Part shown: positions 1 to 12,382 of the stretch, piece after piece | How positions within the stretch are numbered: the stretch's first letter is position 1 | Layout of the letters: the number at the start of each line of letters is the position of its first letter | NCBI GenBank assembly: GCA_002104945.1 | Contig: MCFH01000076.1 | Coordinates: 153,710-217,709 of the forward strand | Length of the DNA: 64,000 nt | From: Piromyces finnis finn | Lineage: Eukaryota > Fungi > Neocallimastigomycota | Direction: 5' to 3' | Notes under the pieces: model-generated | The model's database searches: none | Told to the model about the DNA's origin: nothing | What the model saw: the letters and a program-made list of their open reading frames with translations, nothing else | Translations under genes and position numbers: made by a program

Positions 1-119
1 ACGAAGAAATTCCAATGGAGAGTATGGAAGATTTTGACTTCCCTGATAAAAATAATGAAAATAATATTTCAAGTAAAACATTAGAAGAACAAGAACAAGA
101 ACTAGAATATGAACAATGA
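1..119 (+). CDS. 3' end of a gene entering from the left edge (acidic C-terminal tail), product unknown
   Basis: The frame from position 3 reads EEIPMESMEDFDFPDKNNENNISSKTLEEQEQELEYEQ with TGA at 117-119. It has coding-like composition and is followed by AT-rich UTR-like sequence. Confidence 0.6.
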   Translation, partial: EEIPMESMEDFDFPDKNNENNISSKTLEEQEQELEYEQ

Positions 120-2927
120 AATTAATTTAAATTTAGATAAAATAAATAGAAATAGAAATAGATCATATAAGCAAAGAGGAAAACTAATCAATAAGATTAA
201 CATGGGTATTTCATTTTTTTTTCCTGCATCATTTTTCAGTTATTTTTTTATTATTAATTCAAATCTATATATATATCTTTTTTTTAAAAAAAATATTTAC
301 TTTTTTAATCAATACAATTTTTTTTTTCAAAAAAAAAAAAAAAAAAACATTACTAGCATAATATTATTACCAAGTTTTTCATCTCAATTTTCAAATTAAT
401 ATTTAATAAAAAAAAAAATAAATTGATTATAAATATAGATATACTTTGTTTTTTCAAATCAAAAATATATATTATTTAATTTTTATAATATTTTTATTAT
501 GAAAATTAAAAATTAAAATGTTTTCTTTATTATTATTATTATTATTAGTAGTAGTAATAGTAGTAGTAATAGTATTAATATTAGTATTATTAGTATTAGT
601 ATTAGTATTAGTATTATTATTAGAATTATTAAAGGTATTAATATTAATTTTTTTTTATCATCTCCATCTTTTTATTTTTTTATAATAAATTAATAATTAA
701 AATTTATTATTCTTTTCTTTTTGTTAAGTTTTATTTCTTTATCTTCTTTTTATCTTTCTTTGACAATAAATATTATTATATGAGTAGTATATTTTTTAAA
801 AGCTAATTAAATAATGAACTATAATGAAAAGTTAAGTTTATAAAGAAGGTTTATCTTATTATACTATTAAAATTATGGAAAATTCTTTCATAAATATATA
901 ATATTTTTATAAAACTCAAAAAACAGCATAATTATATCATATTATTGTTATATACATTAAAGTTGAAATAATAATACAATTGATGTATATAAATAGAATG
1001 AATAAAATAATTTTAATAATTTTATTCATTTTATTATTAATTTTATGATTATAATAATAATAACTAAATATAAAATGATAAAAAACACATAAAATTTATA
1101 AAATTCTCATTACTTATATATTATTTAAATGTACATAAAAAATAAACTTTTAAGTAAAACTTTAAAATTCATTTACATGTTAGTTTAATATTAATTTTTC
1201 ATATGATTATCATAATTATATTTTTTATAACATTAAAAAAAAAAAAAGATATATAATAGATACATATAAATAGTATTAGTATATCTTTTTTTTTTAGGAA
1301 AAAATATTTTATTTTATATAGGCTATATGACAAAAAAAGTGATATATAATTTTCGAGAAGTTAAAAATAATAATTATAAAGAAAAGAAATTAATGATAAT
1401 TTCAATATTATATTTATCATATTATTAAATTTATATTTTATAAGGATAATACCAAGATATAAATTATATTATTTTTTTTTAAATTATTATTTAAAAAAAA
1501 ATAAAATAAAATAAATATCTATCCTTAATAAATAATTTCTGCAATGTTTTATTTATATTTCTATTTCATCTCATTTTAAACTTTCATATATAAAAAGGAA
1601 ACATTTATTTTTTTTTTTTTTTTGTGAAGTTGCATTAGACAATGTTCATATAAAGTTTATTATATATGGTTGGTAAATGCTTTTTTAGGTTTTAATAATT
1701 TAATTATTTACTAAAAAATTATTAAATAGATTTATACTTTTATTTTGATTATACATTTTTTATAAATTATATTTTGTTGACTCTATAATGTTTACACAAA
1801 AGTAATTATCTTTTTAATTATTTCAAATATACAATTAAGATAAATATTAATACCTTAATTATACTATAAAAATAAAAAATTTAAAAATTTTATTTTTTAA
1901 TAATGTAATATGAAATAGCCAATGAAATTATAAACTTTTAAAAAAATAATATTATTTAAATAAACATAAAAAATAATTCTTAATTTTTTGAACTTTTATA
2001 ATTGAAATATAGTAATTAAATATAAATCATGTTAATAATCAATTATATATTTTAATAGTAATTATATGATATACGATAATGTTATTTAATAATTATAGGA
2101 ATAAAAAATCTTGGTATTTATGAATTAGCTAAAAAAAAAATTCTTTTTGACATGTTTTTTTTTTTTTTTTCATTATTTTTAATTTAAATAAATTGAATTT
2201 CTGGAATAATAATTAAAAATCATTATATTAAATTTAATTATAATATATTTTGAATTTTGAATAAATATTTTTTTAATTTTTTTATTTTAATATATTAATC
2301 ATGATCTATTATATTTATTAAGTATAATTAGAAACTTTAATTATATTTAGTAATACAGGTAAAAAATAATCGTTTTTTTCGTTTTCGTTTTAATTCATTA
2401 ATTTTAAAAATATATAAAAGAATAAACTTTTTTTTTATTAATTTGATAGATATATATGTACGTAAAAGAAGAATTCATAAAATAATTTTTTACTTTTTTT
2501 ACATTTTTTTTAAGCAAAAATTTTTAAATTTACAAAAAAATAAAAAAAGAAAGGTAAGTTTATAGTTTATAATAGGAAAAAAAAAAAAAAAAGGTATAAT
2601 GAGAAGTTTTGAAATGGAATTAAAAAGAATCAAATAATATAAAGAAAAACAAAATAGAATAAATAATCATTTACAAATTTTATATAAAAAAAGAATAGTT
2701 CAATAAAATAAGAAATGAAAAAAAAAAAAAAAAAAACATTTCATTGTGTGTTAATTAAAAATATTTAATATATATGAAGTAAAAAAAAAATAATAATAAT
2801 AGTTTAATCTTTTTTTTTTAATAATTATTATATCCAATACTAATAAAAATATTTTTTTACTTTAAATAATTAATTTTAAAAGAGTATTTTTTAAAAAAAA
2901 AAAAAATATACATAAAATAAAGAAAAT

Positions 2928-4391
2928 ATGTCAGGACGAAATAATGAAAATGAAATGATTTCATATGATAAGGTTGACCCCTTACCAACTGAAAATCCAT
3001 TTTATTATAATGAAAATTCAAAATTAAACAGCATTATAAAAGAAAAAGAAAAAAAAATACCATACATTCATTTGGGAATATTTTTATTAGTTATTCCATT
3101 GTTATCCTTTTTAATGGGTTTATTCTATATTGGTGGTATATGGAATCCGATTGAAAAAATTCCAGATGTAAAATATATCATTGTTAATGATGATGCTGGT
3201 TGTATTAATAATGAATCATGTACACAAATGTTAGGTATGTTAAATAGTACAACTCTCGGAAGTTTCTATACAAAATTAAATGATAATAATCATCCAGCTG
3301 GTACATTTGAATATATGGTAGGTTTAATATTTTCATATGTAATAATATAATAATATAGTTATTTTGTAATATAAAAAGGAATAGGAATTGATTTTTTTTT
3401 AAAAATTATTTTTGTACGTATTGTATAATTATTAATTCTAAAGGAAGGTTCACGAAATGATGCCATTGAAAAAGTTGAAAAACATAAAAATTGGGTATCT
3501 TTATATGTTCCAAAAAATTTCACAATGTTAGTATTAGGTAATTTAAATTTAATGCCAGGAGCTGCTAACTCAGTTGTTGTTGAAGAAATTTATGATGAAG
3601 CCAGAAGTTATACAACAGTACAATTTTTAAAAAAGGCACTCGATAAAGCTAAAGAAGCCTTCTTTAATAGTATCGCAGCCAAAGTAGAACAATATGGTTC
3701 ATTTAAACCACAATTTTTAATTTCTGGAATTGAATATAAAGAAGTAAATTTATATCCAGTACCTGGTTTTGGTCAAAACTTTTCATCTTTCATTTCATTT
3801 ATTTTACTTTGGATTGGTACTATTGCTACAGCATTAATTACACACTTTGTTTTCCCATTAGAAAATCATTGGGTTGAAAAGAAAGATGTTTCTCATCCAA
3901 TTCTCAAAACAATTGGTGCCAAAACTTTAACAAATGGTATTATTATGTTTGCTATTTGCGTTATTGTTAGTGTTATTCCATTATGTTGTGGTACTGTAGA
4001 AATGTATAAGGGTTATGCTGCATTACTCTTTTTCTTCTTCTTCTTCTCATTATGTGGTCTTGGAGTTAATAATTGTTTAGTACATCTTTTCCACTTTATT
4101 AATTTCTACTTAATTGCTGTAACCTTTATGATATTACAATTTATTTCATGTGGTGGTCTTCTTCACCAAAACATTCAATACGGTTTCTTCAAAATTGGTA
4201 AAGCTTTCCCAATGTTTTATGCTGTACGTGAATTAAAATATATCTATTTTGGATCTGGTAAACACACTCAAACTGCTAATGTTTTAATAATTCTTGCTTG
4301 GACTGTAGTATCTTTACCAATTTCATTGTTCTTATACTATCTTGAATTAAAAAACAAAAGAGCAAAGATTAACAAAAATACTTCAAATTAA
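2928..4391 (+). CDS. YhgE/Pip-like (ABC-2 permease fold; DUF3533/SNG1-like is the alternative) membrane protein, paralog 1, 2 exons, about 445 aa
   Basis: Exon 1 is 2928-3317, the intron 3318-3443 (GTAGGT...AAG, phase 0) and exon 2 3444-4391. The spliced junction FEYM|EGSRNDAIE aligns without a gap to FSIM-TGDRNTAIN of the paralog. Topology: one N-terminal TM, GGIWNP...IIVNDDAG, a lumenal loop, then about 5 TMs with PGFGQNFSSF..LWIG and FFKIGKAFPMFYAV. Confidence 0.8.
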
Positions 4392-6440
4392 GTTTAAAAA
4401 ATAAAAAGGAACAACATTATATTATTAATCACATAATATTAAAAATAAAAAAAAAAAATTAGATATTACATAATATTAAATGTAGAATTCTAGAGATATG
4501 TCTCTTATTTATAAATTATAGTTATTCTTTCTTATTATTAAAACCTTTATTATTTATATATGTATTACTTGAAATGTAATAAAAAATACTATTTATAATA
4601 AATATTTATTTCAAATCTATTTAAAAATTAGCTATACCACTATGTTAAATTTTATTAAAAAAAATAAAGATGACATATATTAAGCATGTACTACAAAAGC
4701 AATAGATTAACAATATTGTACATATTGTATATATTGTTAAATAGTAACTTTTTTAAAATATAACTGTGATTTATTTACAATAATTATAATTTATATATAC
4801 ATAAAATATTCCTTAAAACTATTTACAAATTCATATAAAATAAACCCTTGATAACATCATTAAAAAGGAAATATCATATATAAAACTTTTATTAAATGAC
4901 TAGATTGTTTTAAAGCATTAAATAAAATGTTGGCTATTATTTTGGAGCTTACAAATAGAAAATCTAGATAAAAAAGATATGGCGTTAAAATTATTATTAA
5001 ACCAGAATGAATATAATTTTTTTTTCTTAATCTATTAAAGCAATAAATAAAAGAATAATATTTTGTTCCGTATCCTTTTCTTCTGAGCCTAACGATGACG
5101 ATTTATTTCAAATAATATGCATTAATACATTCTTTATTATTTCATAATAATATAACATATAGTTCTATATTCCTTTATAATTATATATATTATTTATTTT
5201 TCTGTTTATTAATTTTATTATTTAAAAAAAAAAAAATATTTTATTTTTATCATATGAAAAATAAAAAATACATTTTCACATGATAATGAAATTTTTAAAT
5301 AATTTCCATATGAAAAAAGAAAAAAATTAAATTAGTTTTGATTTAATAGAATTTAACAGAATATATTAATTAATACTAAATTAACTTTAATCCAATAACC
5401 TTTTTTTTATTTTTTTTTCCACATAATATATTAAATTTTTTTTTTGTAAAAATATCATATGAAATGTTTCAAAAAATAAAAAAAATTTTTTTATAATAAA
5501 ACTTTAATAAGCATCATCCTATTTATTATTACTTATCATTGCTTATTTGATATTCTTTAGTTTGGTATAGAGATACTAAATATTTTACAACTTTTTTTTT
5601 GCTAATACATCAATATACAACTAAAAAAAAGATTTATTTAATCCTTTACACAATTATTTATCATTATTAAAAAATGAATTATAGTTTTTTTTCATTTCAT
5701 TAAAGTTGAATTCAGACATCTCAATATTAAATTTTATCAAGAGTATAATCAAAAAAAGTAAAATTATTATAAAAAAAAAAGGAAATTATTGGTGTAATTC
5801 ATCCTTAATATTCCTAATTTCGTAATATTGGCTACTTGAAAATATACCATATATTTTATATATTATATCTTGTATAATCCTTAAAGGTAGTGTATTCTTT
5901 TAAGTTAAAATGTATATAATAAAGATTTGACAGAAATGAAAAATATATTTAAAAATATATTATATTAATTTAATATATATGTTTCTTAAAAGTAATCTTA
6001 TAGGAAATCCTTTTATAAATTAAAATAAATTTATTTGATAATTAAAAAAAAGTAAAATCTTATGATTTTTAGTAAAAAAAAAAAATTAATTTATCTAATG
6101 TATTATTATTAATATCATCTATTTGAAATTATAAATCACTATATAAAAATGGTAGCCAATGAAATATAACTATTATGGAAAATATTCATTAAAAATAGTT
6201 AAAATAAATATACAATTCTTTTTTTTTTTAAAGTATAAAAGGAAAAGGATTTGACATAAAAATTAGTAAAAAAAAAAAAAACACTTATTTAATAATTACT
6301 ATTCTTTTTATTTAAAAAAAAAAAGAAAACATAAAATAAAATCATTTAAATAAACAACACAAGATTTTTTTATTTAGAAAAAAAAATAATAGAAATAGAA
6401 ATATAGGGAAAAAAAATAAGAATTAAATATATATAATAAA

Positions 6441-7763
6441 ATGGCTGAACAACAAACAGTAAGTTACGATAAAATTGATCCATTGAAGGATGAAAAGCCT
6501 TTTTATATCAGCGAAGAAAATTATCGAAAAATTCAAAAGAAGGAAGAAAAATTTCCAACTTACCACATTTTACTTTTTGCAATTGTTATTCCAATTGTAG
6601 CATTCCTTATGGGAATGATATATATTGGTGGTATTTGGAATCCAATTGAAAAGATTCCAAGTTTAAAATATATTATTGTAAATCAAGATAAGGGTTGTTA
6701 CACTCCAGAATGTGCAAAGATGGGATTAAATGAAAAAACAAATTTAGGTATTTATTATCAACAATTAAATGGTGAAGGTGGTCAATTCTCAATAATGACA
6801 GGAGATAGAAATACGGCAATCAATATGATTGAAAATCATGATTATTGGGCTGCTATATATGTTCCAGAAAACTTTACTATTAATGTATTAATGAATTTAA
6901 ACACAGTTAACAAGGATAAATTAGTTCCTGTTGAAACAGAATTAATCTTTGATGAAGTTAGAAATTACACTACCATGAAATTCGTTTTAAAAGCATTTAA
7001 TATGATGGAAGAAGCTTTCTTTAACTCATTAGTTAAAAAATTTGAAGAAAAGGGTGGATTTAATCCATTATTTATTATTAATGGTATTCAATTCAAAGAA
7101 ACAAATTTACATGCCATTTCTGGTTTTGGTCAAAACTTTTCCTCTTTCATTTTCTTACTTATTACTTGGATTGGTACTATTGCCACTTCAATTATTTCCC
7201 ACTTTTATTTCCCATTTGAAAACCATTGGGTTGAGAAGAAAGATACAAAACATCCTATTCTTAAGGCCATGATAGCAAAAATTGCTTTTTGTGTTTTAAT
7301 TAATGTCATAATTGATGTTATCTCATCTGTTATTCCATACTTTTGTGGTGGTACCTTCCAAATCGATCATGGCTACTGGAGATTCCTCGGTTTCATTTTA
7401 TTCTTCTCTTTAAGTGGTCTCGGTATTAATAATTTATTAATTCATATTCTTCCATTCATTTTCTATTATCTTGTTGCTGTGACCTTCATGTTCCTTCAAT
7501 TACTTTCTTGTGGTGGTCTTGTTGATACTGATGTCCAACCAAGCTTCTTTAAGATTGGTAAAGCATTCCCAATGTATTATGGTGTCAGAGAAACTAGATA
7601 TATTTACTGGGGCAGTGGAAAACAATACAGAACTATGAACTTTATTACTATAGGTATTTGGGCTGTTGTTTCTATTGTTGCTTCATTATTCATGTATTAC
7701 CTTGAATTATGCGTTAAAAGAAAAAGATTTTTAAAACGTCAAGAATTATATAGAAAAAATTAA
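6441..7763 (+). CDS. YhgE/Pip-like membrane protein, paralog 2, intronless, 440 aa
   Basis: Single ORF. It shares GGIWNPIEKIP, IIVNQDKG, GFGQNFSSF, FENHWVEKKD and FFKIGKAFPM with the 2928-4391 gene. Confidence 0.85.
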   Translation: MAEQQTVSYDKIDPLKDEKPFYISEENYRKIQKKEEKFPTYHILLFAIVIPIVAFLMGMIYIGGIWNPIEKIPSLKYIIVNQDKGCYTPECAKMGLNEKTNLGIYYQQLNGEGGQFSIMTGDRNTAINMIENHDYWAAIYVPENFTINVLMNLNTVNKDKLVPVETELIFDEVRNYTTMKFVLKAFNMMEEAFFNSLVKKFEEKGGFNPLFIINGIQFKETNLHAISGFGQNFSSFIFLLITWIGTIATSIISHFYFPFENHWVEKKDTKHPILKAMIAKIAFCVLINVIIDVISSVIPYFCGGTFQIDHGYWRFLGFILFFSLSGLGINNLLIHILPFIFYYLVAVTFMFLQLLSCGGLVDTDVQPSFFKIGKAFPMYYGVRETRYIYWGSGKQYRTMNFITIGIWAVVSIVASLFMYYLELCVKRKRFLKRQELYRKN

Positions 7764-8919
7764 AAAAAAAAAAAAATTATCATTAATACACTCGCATCTA
7801 ATTTTATATATAAACACTTTATAATAAGGATACAATAGCATTCAATACATATTTATTTTATAACTTACTCAATAAATTATCTATTATCATAAAAAAATTA
7901 AATAAAAAAATTATCCTTTAATATTTATAATAAATTTAGAATATAGCATTTAATATTACATCCTATAAATATATAAATATCAATGTTAGAAATTGAAAAC
8001 TTCATAAAGTATATAATTACTATTTTATCTTTTTAACTTTTTCTACTAAATAAAATATTGAATTTAATCAATATTTATTAAACTATTTTTTTATTCATTC
8101 AATTTCTATGGCATAGGTATAATAAAAGAATAGTAATATCTAAATTAAAACCTAACACAAAAAATAAAATATATGAAAAAAATAAAATATTATTAAAAAA
8201 AATACAATTTTTATTTTATTTATTTTCTTTTTTTTTTTTTTTATCTATTTACTACTTCATATTTAATTTCATAATTTAATTAAGCCAACTCTACGGATAA
8301 AAGTTATAATTTTTTCTTTCCAGTACAGCTTATTGGAATTATTCAGATAAATTAAATAGGATAATTCAATCTTTAATTATTTTTTTTTTCTGTATTTAAT
8401 AATAAAAAATAATTTATATTTAAATATATTATTATTATACATTATATTAATTAATAAACAGTAAATAATAAATAAGATAAAATATTTTGATATAACATTG
8501 AGTTGAAAAAACTAATAATACTATACAATAAAATTTTTATAATAAAATCAATTAACAGAATATAAAAGCATATAATGACTTTTTTTAATATTATAATAAA
8601 AAAAAAGTCTTTATTTACATTAATAAATTACATTTTATAAATATTACAAAAATAATATTGTAAATTTTCTATTAACATATTTTATCTATTAATTTGCTGT
8701 AATGTTATTTGTCAAAAAAAATTTTTTTTTTGTATGGGAAATACATACAACTTAATGAAATAATTCTAATTAATTAAGAGTCTTTTTTTCTTTTTTTCTA
8801 TTTAAAAAAAAAAATAAAATAAAATAAAATAAAAAAATATTGAATTTTCCAATAATTATTTTAAAAGAAAATAACTTTTTTTTTTTTAATAGTTATTTTT
8901 AAATAACTAATATTTAAAA

Positions 8920-10008
8920 ATGATAGCTATTACATTTATTCTTTTTTTATTTTCAATATTTTCTCTTGGTTTTGCATCATTAAAAGAATGTCAAAATGAA
9001 TTAAAAAACTATAGTTCTTGTAACTTTGACTATTTAAAAATTCCATCAGAGCAACTCAATCAATATTGTACATCGTTCAACTCATCAAAATGTCAAAAAT
9101 TTTTTGCTAATCCAAAAGCCTATGTTCCATCATGTTATACCCTACCAGATTCATATCAAATGGTGGATTTGATTCTTTTACCATATAAACAAGCCCTAAT
9201 TCAAATGGTTTGTGAAAAGGATGAAAATAATAAAATGTGTAATTATAGCGAAATTTTATTAGGCAAAAAGAGTGTCAATGATGATAAAATTTTTAAGGAT
9301 GTAATAAATGCAACATGTAAAAATGACAAATGTAGAAATTCATACATTAATATGTTAAAAGCTCAATATAATCTTGGAAAAGAAGGTAATGATACCAAAT
9401 ATAATCTCCCTAAAATTGACCTTACCAGTGTACAAAGTATGATAGCCTACTTATCATCCTCTGAATGTGTAAATAAAAGTGCTACTTCTACAACTACCAC
9501 CAAGAAAACAACAACTACCACTAAAAAGACAACTACCACCACTAACAAGATAACTACCACCACTAAAAAGCCAACCACTACCACTAAGAAGACAACCACT
9601 ACCACTAAAAAGCCAACCACCACCACTAAGAAGACAACCACTACCAAGAAAACAACTACTACCACTAAAAAGCCAACCACCACCACTAAGAAAACAACCA
9701 CTACCACCAAAAAAACAACCACTACCACCAAGAAGACAACTACTACCACTAAAAAGCCAACCACTACTACTAAAAAGACAACTGTAAAAAAAGTTATTAC
9801 TATTACTAAAGTAGTAATTGTTACTAAAAAGGTAACTAAAAAGACAACTACAACCACCACTAAAAGCACAGCAACTGTTCAAAGATGTGGTCCTAAATAC
9901 GGTAAATGTTCAAAGAGTACAGATTGTTGTAGTAGTAAAGGATATTGTGGTACAACAAATGCTTACTGTGGTGCTGGTTGTCAAGTTGGATATGGTTTAT
10001 GTAACTAA
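8920..10008 (+). CDS. Secreted protein: 10-Cys N-terminal domain, Thr/Lys linker, C-terminal CBM18 (hevein-type chitin-binding module)
   Basis: Hydrophobic signal peptide, TTTTKK(P/T) linker and a C-terminal 8-Cys hevein pattern RCGPKYGKC...CCSSKGYCGTTNAYCGAGCQVGYGLC. No catalytic domain recognised. Confidence 0.9.
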   Translation: MIAITFILFLFSIFSLGFASLKECQNELKNYSSCNFDYLKIPSEQLNQYCTSFNSSKCQKFFANPKAYVPSCYTLPDSYQMVDLILLPYKQALIQMVCEKDENNKMCNYSEILLGKKSVNDDKIFKDVINATCKNDKCRNSYINMLKAQYNLGKEGNDTKYNLPKIDLTSVQSMIAYLSSSECVNKSATSTTTTKKTTTTTKKTTTTTNKITTTTKKPTTTTKKTTTTTKKPTTTTKKTTTTKKTTTTTKKPTTTTKKTTTTTKKTTTTTKKTTTTTKKPTTTTKKTTVKKVITITKVVIVTKKVTKKTTTTTTKSTATVQRCGPKYGKCSKSTDCCSSKGYCGTTNAYCGAGCQVGYGLCN

Positions 10009-11221
10009 AAAATTTCATTGACAAGAAAAAAAACACTGCATCACTCTATGGCTTTCAATCAAGAAAAATTTTTATTATTGTATTCAATAATAAAAAAAAT
10101 ATATTTTAATATTATGAAAAAAAATACTTTTTTAAAAAAAAAAAGACACTAATTTAATAATAATTAAAAGTATTTGTATTTAAATCTTTTTATTATCACT
10201 ATTATTATATATTTATATATTATTTAAGATAATTTATAATTTAAGTATTTAATTACTATTTTATCTATTTTACTATAGAAATCCTATTTTTTTCAATTTA
10301 TATTATATATATATTTCATTTCTTATTTTTATAAATTTTCAAATATCAAATTGGAATGTATTTATTTTGATTTTAATATAAAATATATATCTCACAAATT
10401 ATAATCTATAAAAGACATTTTTATTATTTATCTATTCATTTATTTTACATATTTTAAAAATAAAATAAAAATATACACATTAATTTAAAATAAATCTATT
10501 AAAAAAAAAAAAGTTTAATAGTAATTGTTTTGTTAAAGTTTTATTCATGTAGAATGGTTTAAGAATAACAAACTTTATTAGATTCTTAATTTTTTAATAG
10601 GATTATATTTCTCTTTTTTTCTTCATTTGTTTTCCTAACTAATTGGTTACTTTTTTAAACAAAAAAAGATCCTTTATTTCTCCAATAATAAAATATTTAT
10701 CAATAATAACATTCAAAGAATATATTCATCTAGACTTTTTTTAATATAAATTATTGACCGTTTTTTTTTTTAAATTTTATTATATATAAATTTTTATAAA
10801 TTTTTTTGTAGTAGTAAATTAAATTAATTAAATTAGATTTTTCGCCAACCACTCATCTTTTTTTAACCATTCCACATTTGTTTCATTTTTTAAATAATAA
10901 ATATAAAATTTATATAATTAGATTTGATTTATATATTAATTAGGAGGCAAAAAAAAAATAATGGAACCTTTCTAGAACACCTATAAAAATTTATGGTTTC
11001 ACCATATATAAAAATTTTAAAAAAAAATTATATATATATAAACAAAAAGAAATATCCTTTTTTTTTTTTTACATATTCTCTAAATATTATTATATAAGAA
11101 AAAATAATTCTTATATATTAAAAATTAAAAAAAAAAATAATAATAATAAAATAATAAAATTTAATAATAAATAAATAATTATAATAATCAATATTGGTTT
11201 TATTTTTAATATTAAAATAAA

Positions 11222-12382
11222 ATGAAATTCGTTAAAGCTGTTATTTCTTTAATTGCCGCTTCTTCTGCTTTCGGTATCACTGCTGAAAGAAAAAGACGTA
11301 TTCGTAACTATTGTAATGCTGAATTAGCAAATTACCAATCTTGTGATTTCTATACAAATGTATCAACAGAAAGCCAACTTATTCAACAATGTAATAATTA
11401 TGACGCTAAAAATTGTGATGCCTTTTTCAATAATCCATATACTTATGCTCCAAATTGTGCCCAAGCTTCAATGTATTACAGTTTTCCATTAATCAATGAT
11501 AATAAATATAAAAAAATTCTTTATAAAATGCTTTGCTCAAAGAATAAGGAAGGAAATACCTGTGAAATTAACAAGTTTTACATTGATGAAGTTTCTGTTA
11601 GTCAATTAGATCAAGTAACTAAAGCCAACTGTAGAACTAAAATCTGTAATGATGTCTACTATGATCTTTTAAGTTATACTCTTTACATTAATGAAGCTAA
11701 AGGAAATACTCAAGGAAATGAAGTTATTAAAGAAAAAATCAATTATATTACTTCTAATGATTGTCTTTCAAGAGCTTATAATAATGTCAAGACTACTACT
11801 ACTACAAAGGCTAAAACTACTACCACTACTACCACTACTACCACTACTACTACTACTACCACTACTACTCCTGCTACTACCACTACTACTACCACTACTA
11901 CCACTACTACTCCTGCTACTACTACCACTACCACTACTACTCCTTCTACTACTACCACTACAAAAGCTAAAACTACTTCTACCAAGAAAACTACCACTAC
12001 TACTAAAAAGACTACCACTACAAAAGCTAAAACTACTTCTACCAAGAAAACTACCACTACTACTAAAAAGACTACCACTACAAAAGCTAAAACTACTTCT
12101 ACCAAGAAAACTACCACTACTACTAAAAAGACTACCACTACAAAAGCTAAAACTACTTCTACCAAGAAAACTACCACTACTACTAAAAAGACTACCAAAA
12201 AGACCACTACTTCTTCTAAAAAGACTACTACTATTAAGGTTTCTACTGTTACCAGTAGATGTGGTCCAAGTTATGGTAGATGTGCTAATTCTAACTTATG
12301 TTGTAGTAAATATGGTTATTGTGGAAAAACAAGTGCTTACTGTGATACTGGTTGTCAACCAGCTTATGGTTTATGTAATTAA
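11222..12382 (+). CDS. Secreted protein, paralog of 8920-10008: 10-Cys domain, poly-Thr then Thr/Lys linker, CBM18
   Basis: Signal peptide, the same Cys spacing as 8920-10008, and C-terminal RCGPSYGRC...CCSKYGYCGKTSAYCDTGCQPAYGLC. Confidence 0.9.
   Translation: MKFVKAVISLIAASSAFGITAERKRRIRNYCNAELANYQSCDFYTNVSTESQLIQQCNNYDAKNCDAFFNNPYTYAPNCAQASMYYSFPLINDNKYKKILYKMLCSKNKEGNTCEINKFYIDEVSVSQLDQVTKANCRTKICNDVYYDLLSYTLYINEAKGNTQGNEVIKEKINYITSNDCLSRAYNNVKTTTTTKAKTTTTTTTTTTTTTTTTTTPATTTTTTTTTTTTPATTTTTTTTPSTTTTTKAKTTSTKKTTTTTKKTTTTKAKTTSTKKTTTTTKKTTTTKAKTTSTKKTTTTTKKTTTTKAKTTSTKKTTTTTKKTTKKTTTSSKKTTTIKVSTVTSRCGPSYGRCANSNLCCSKYGYCGKTSAYCDTGCQPAYGLCN
11951..12197 (+). repeat. Perfect 60-bp coding tandem repeat, about 4 copies (20-aa unit TTTKAKTTSTKKTTTTTKKT)
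   Basis: The sequence lines starting at 12001, 12061 and 12121 are identical, and the match extends back to about 11951 and on to about 12197. Confidence 0.95.

Noticed and set aside
109-399. 96-aa ORF at the window start
   Set aside because: Translation of poly-T/poly-A UTR-like DNA. The real coding frame ends at 119.
9447-9882. Antisense Val-rich and Gly/Cys/Ser-rich ORFs (9447-9869, 9454-9882)
   Set aside because: Shadows of the Thr/Lys codon repeats (ACT/ACC/AAG) of the CBM18 gene on the opposite strand.
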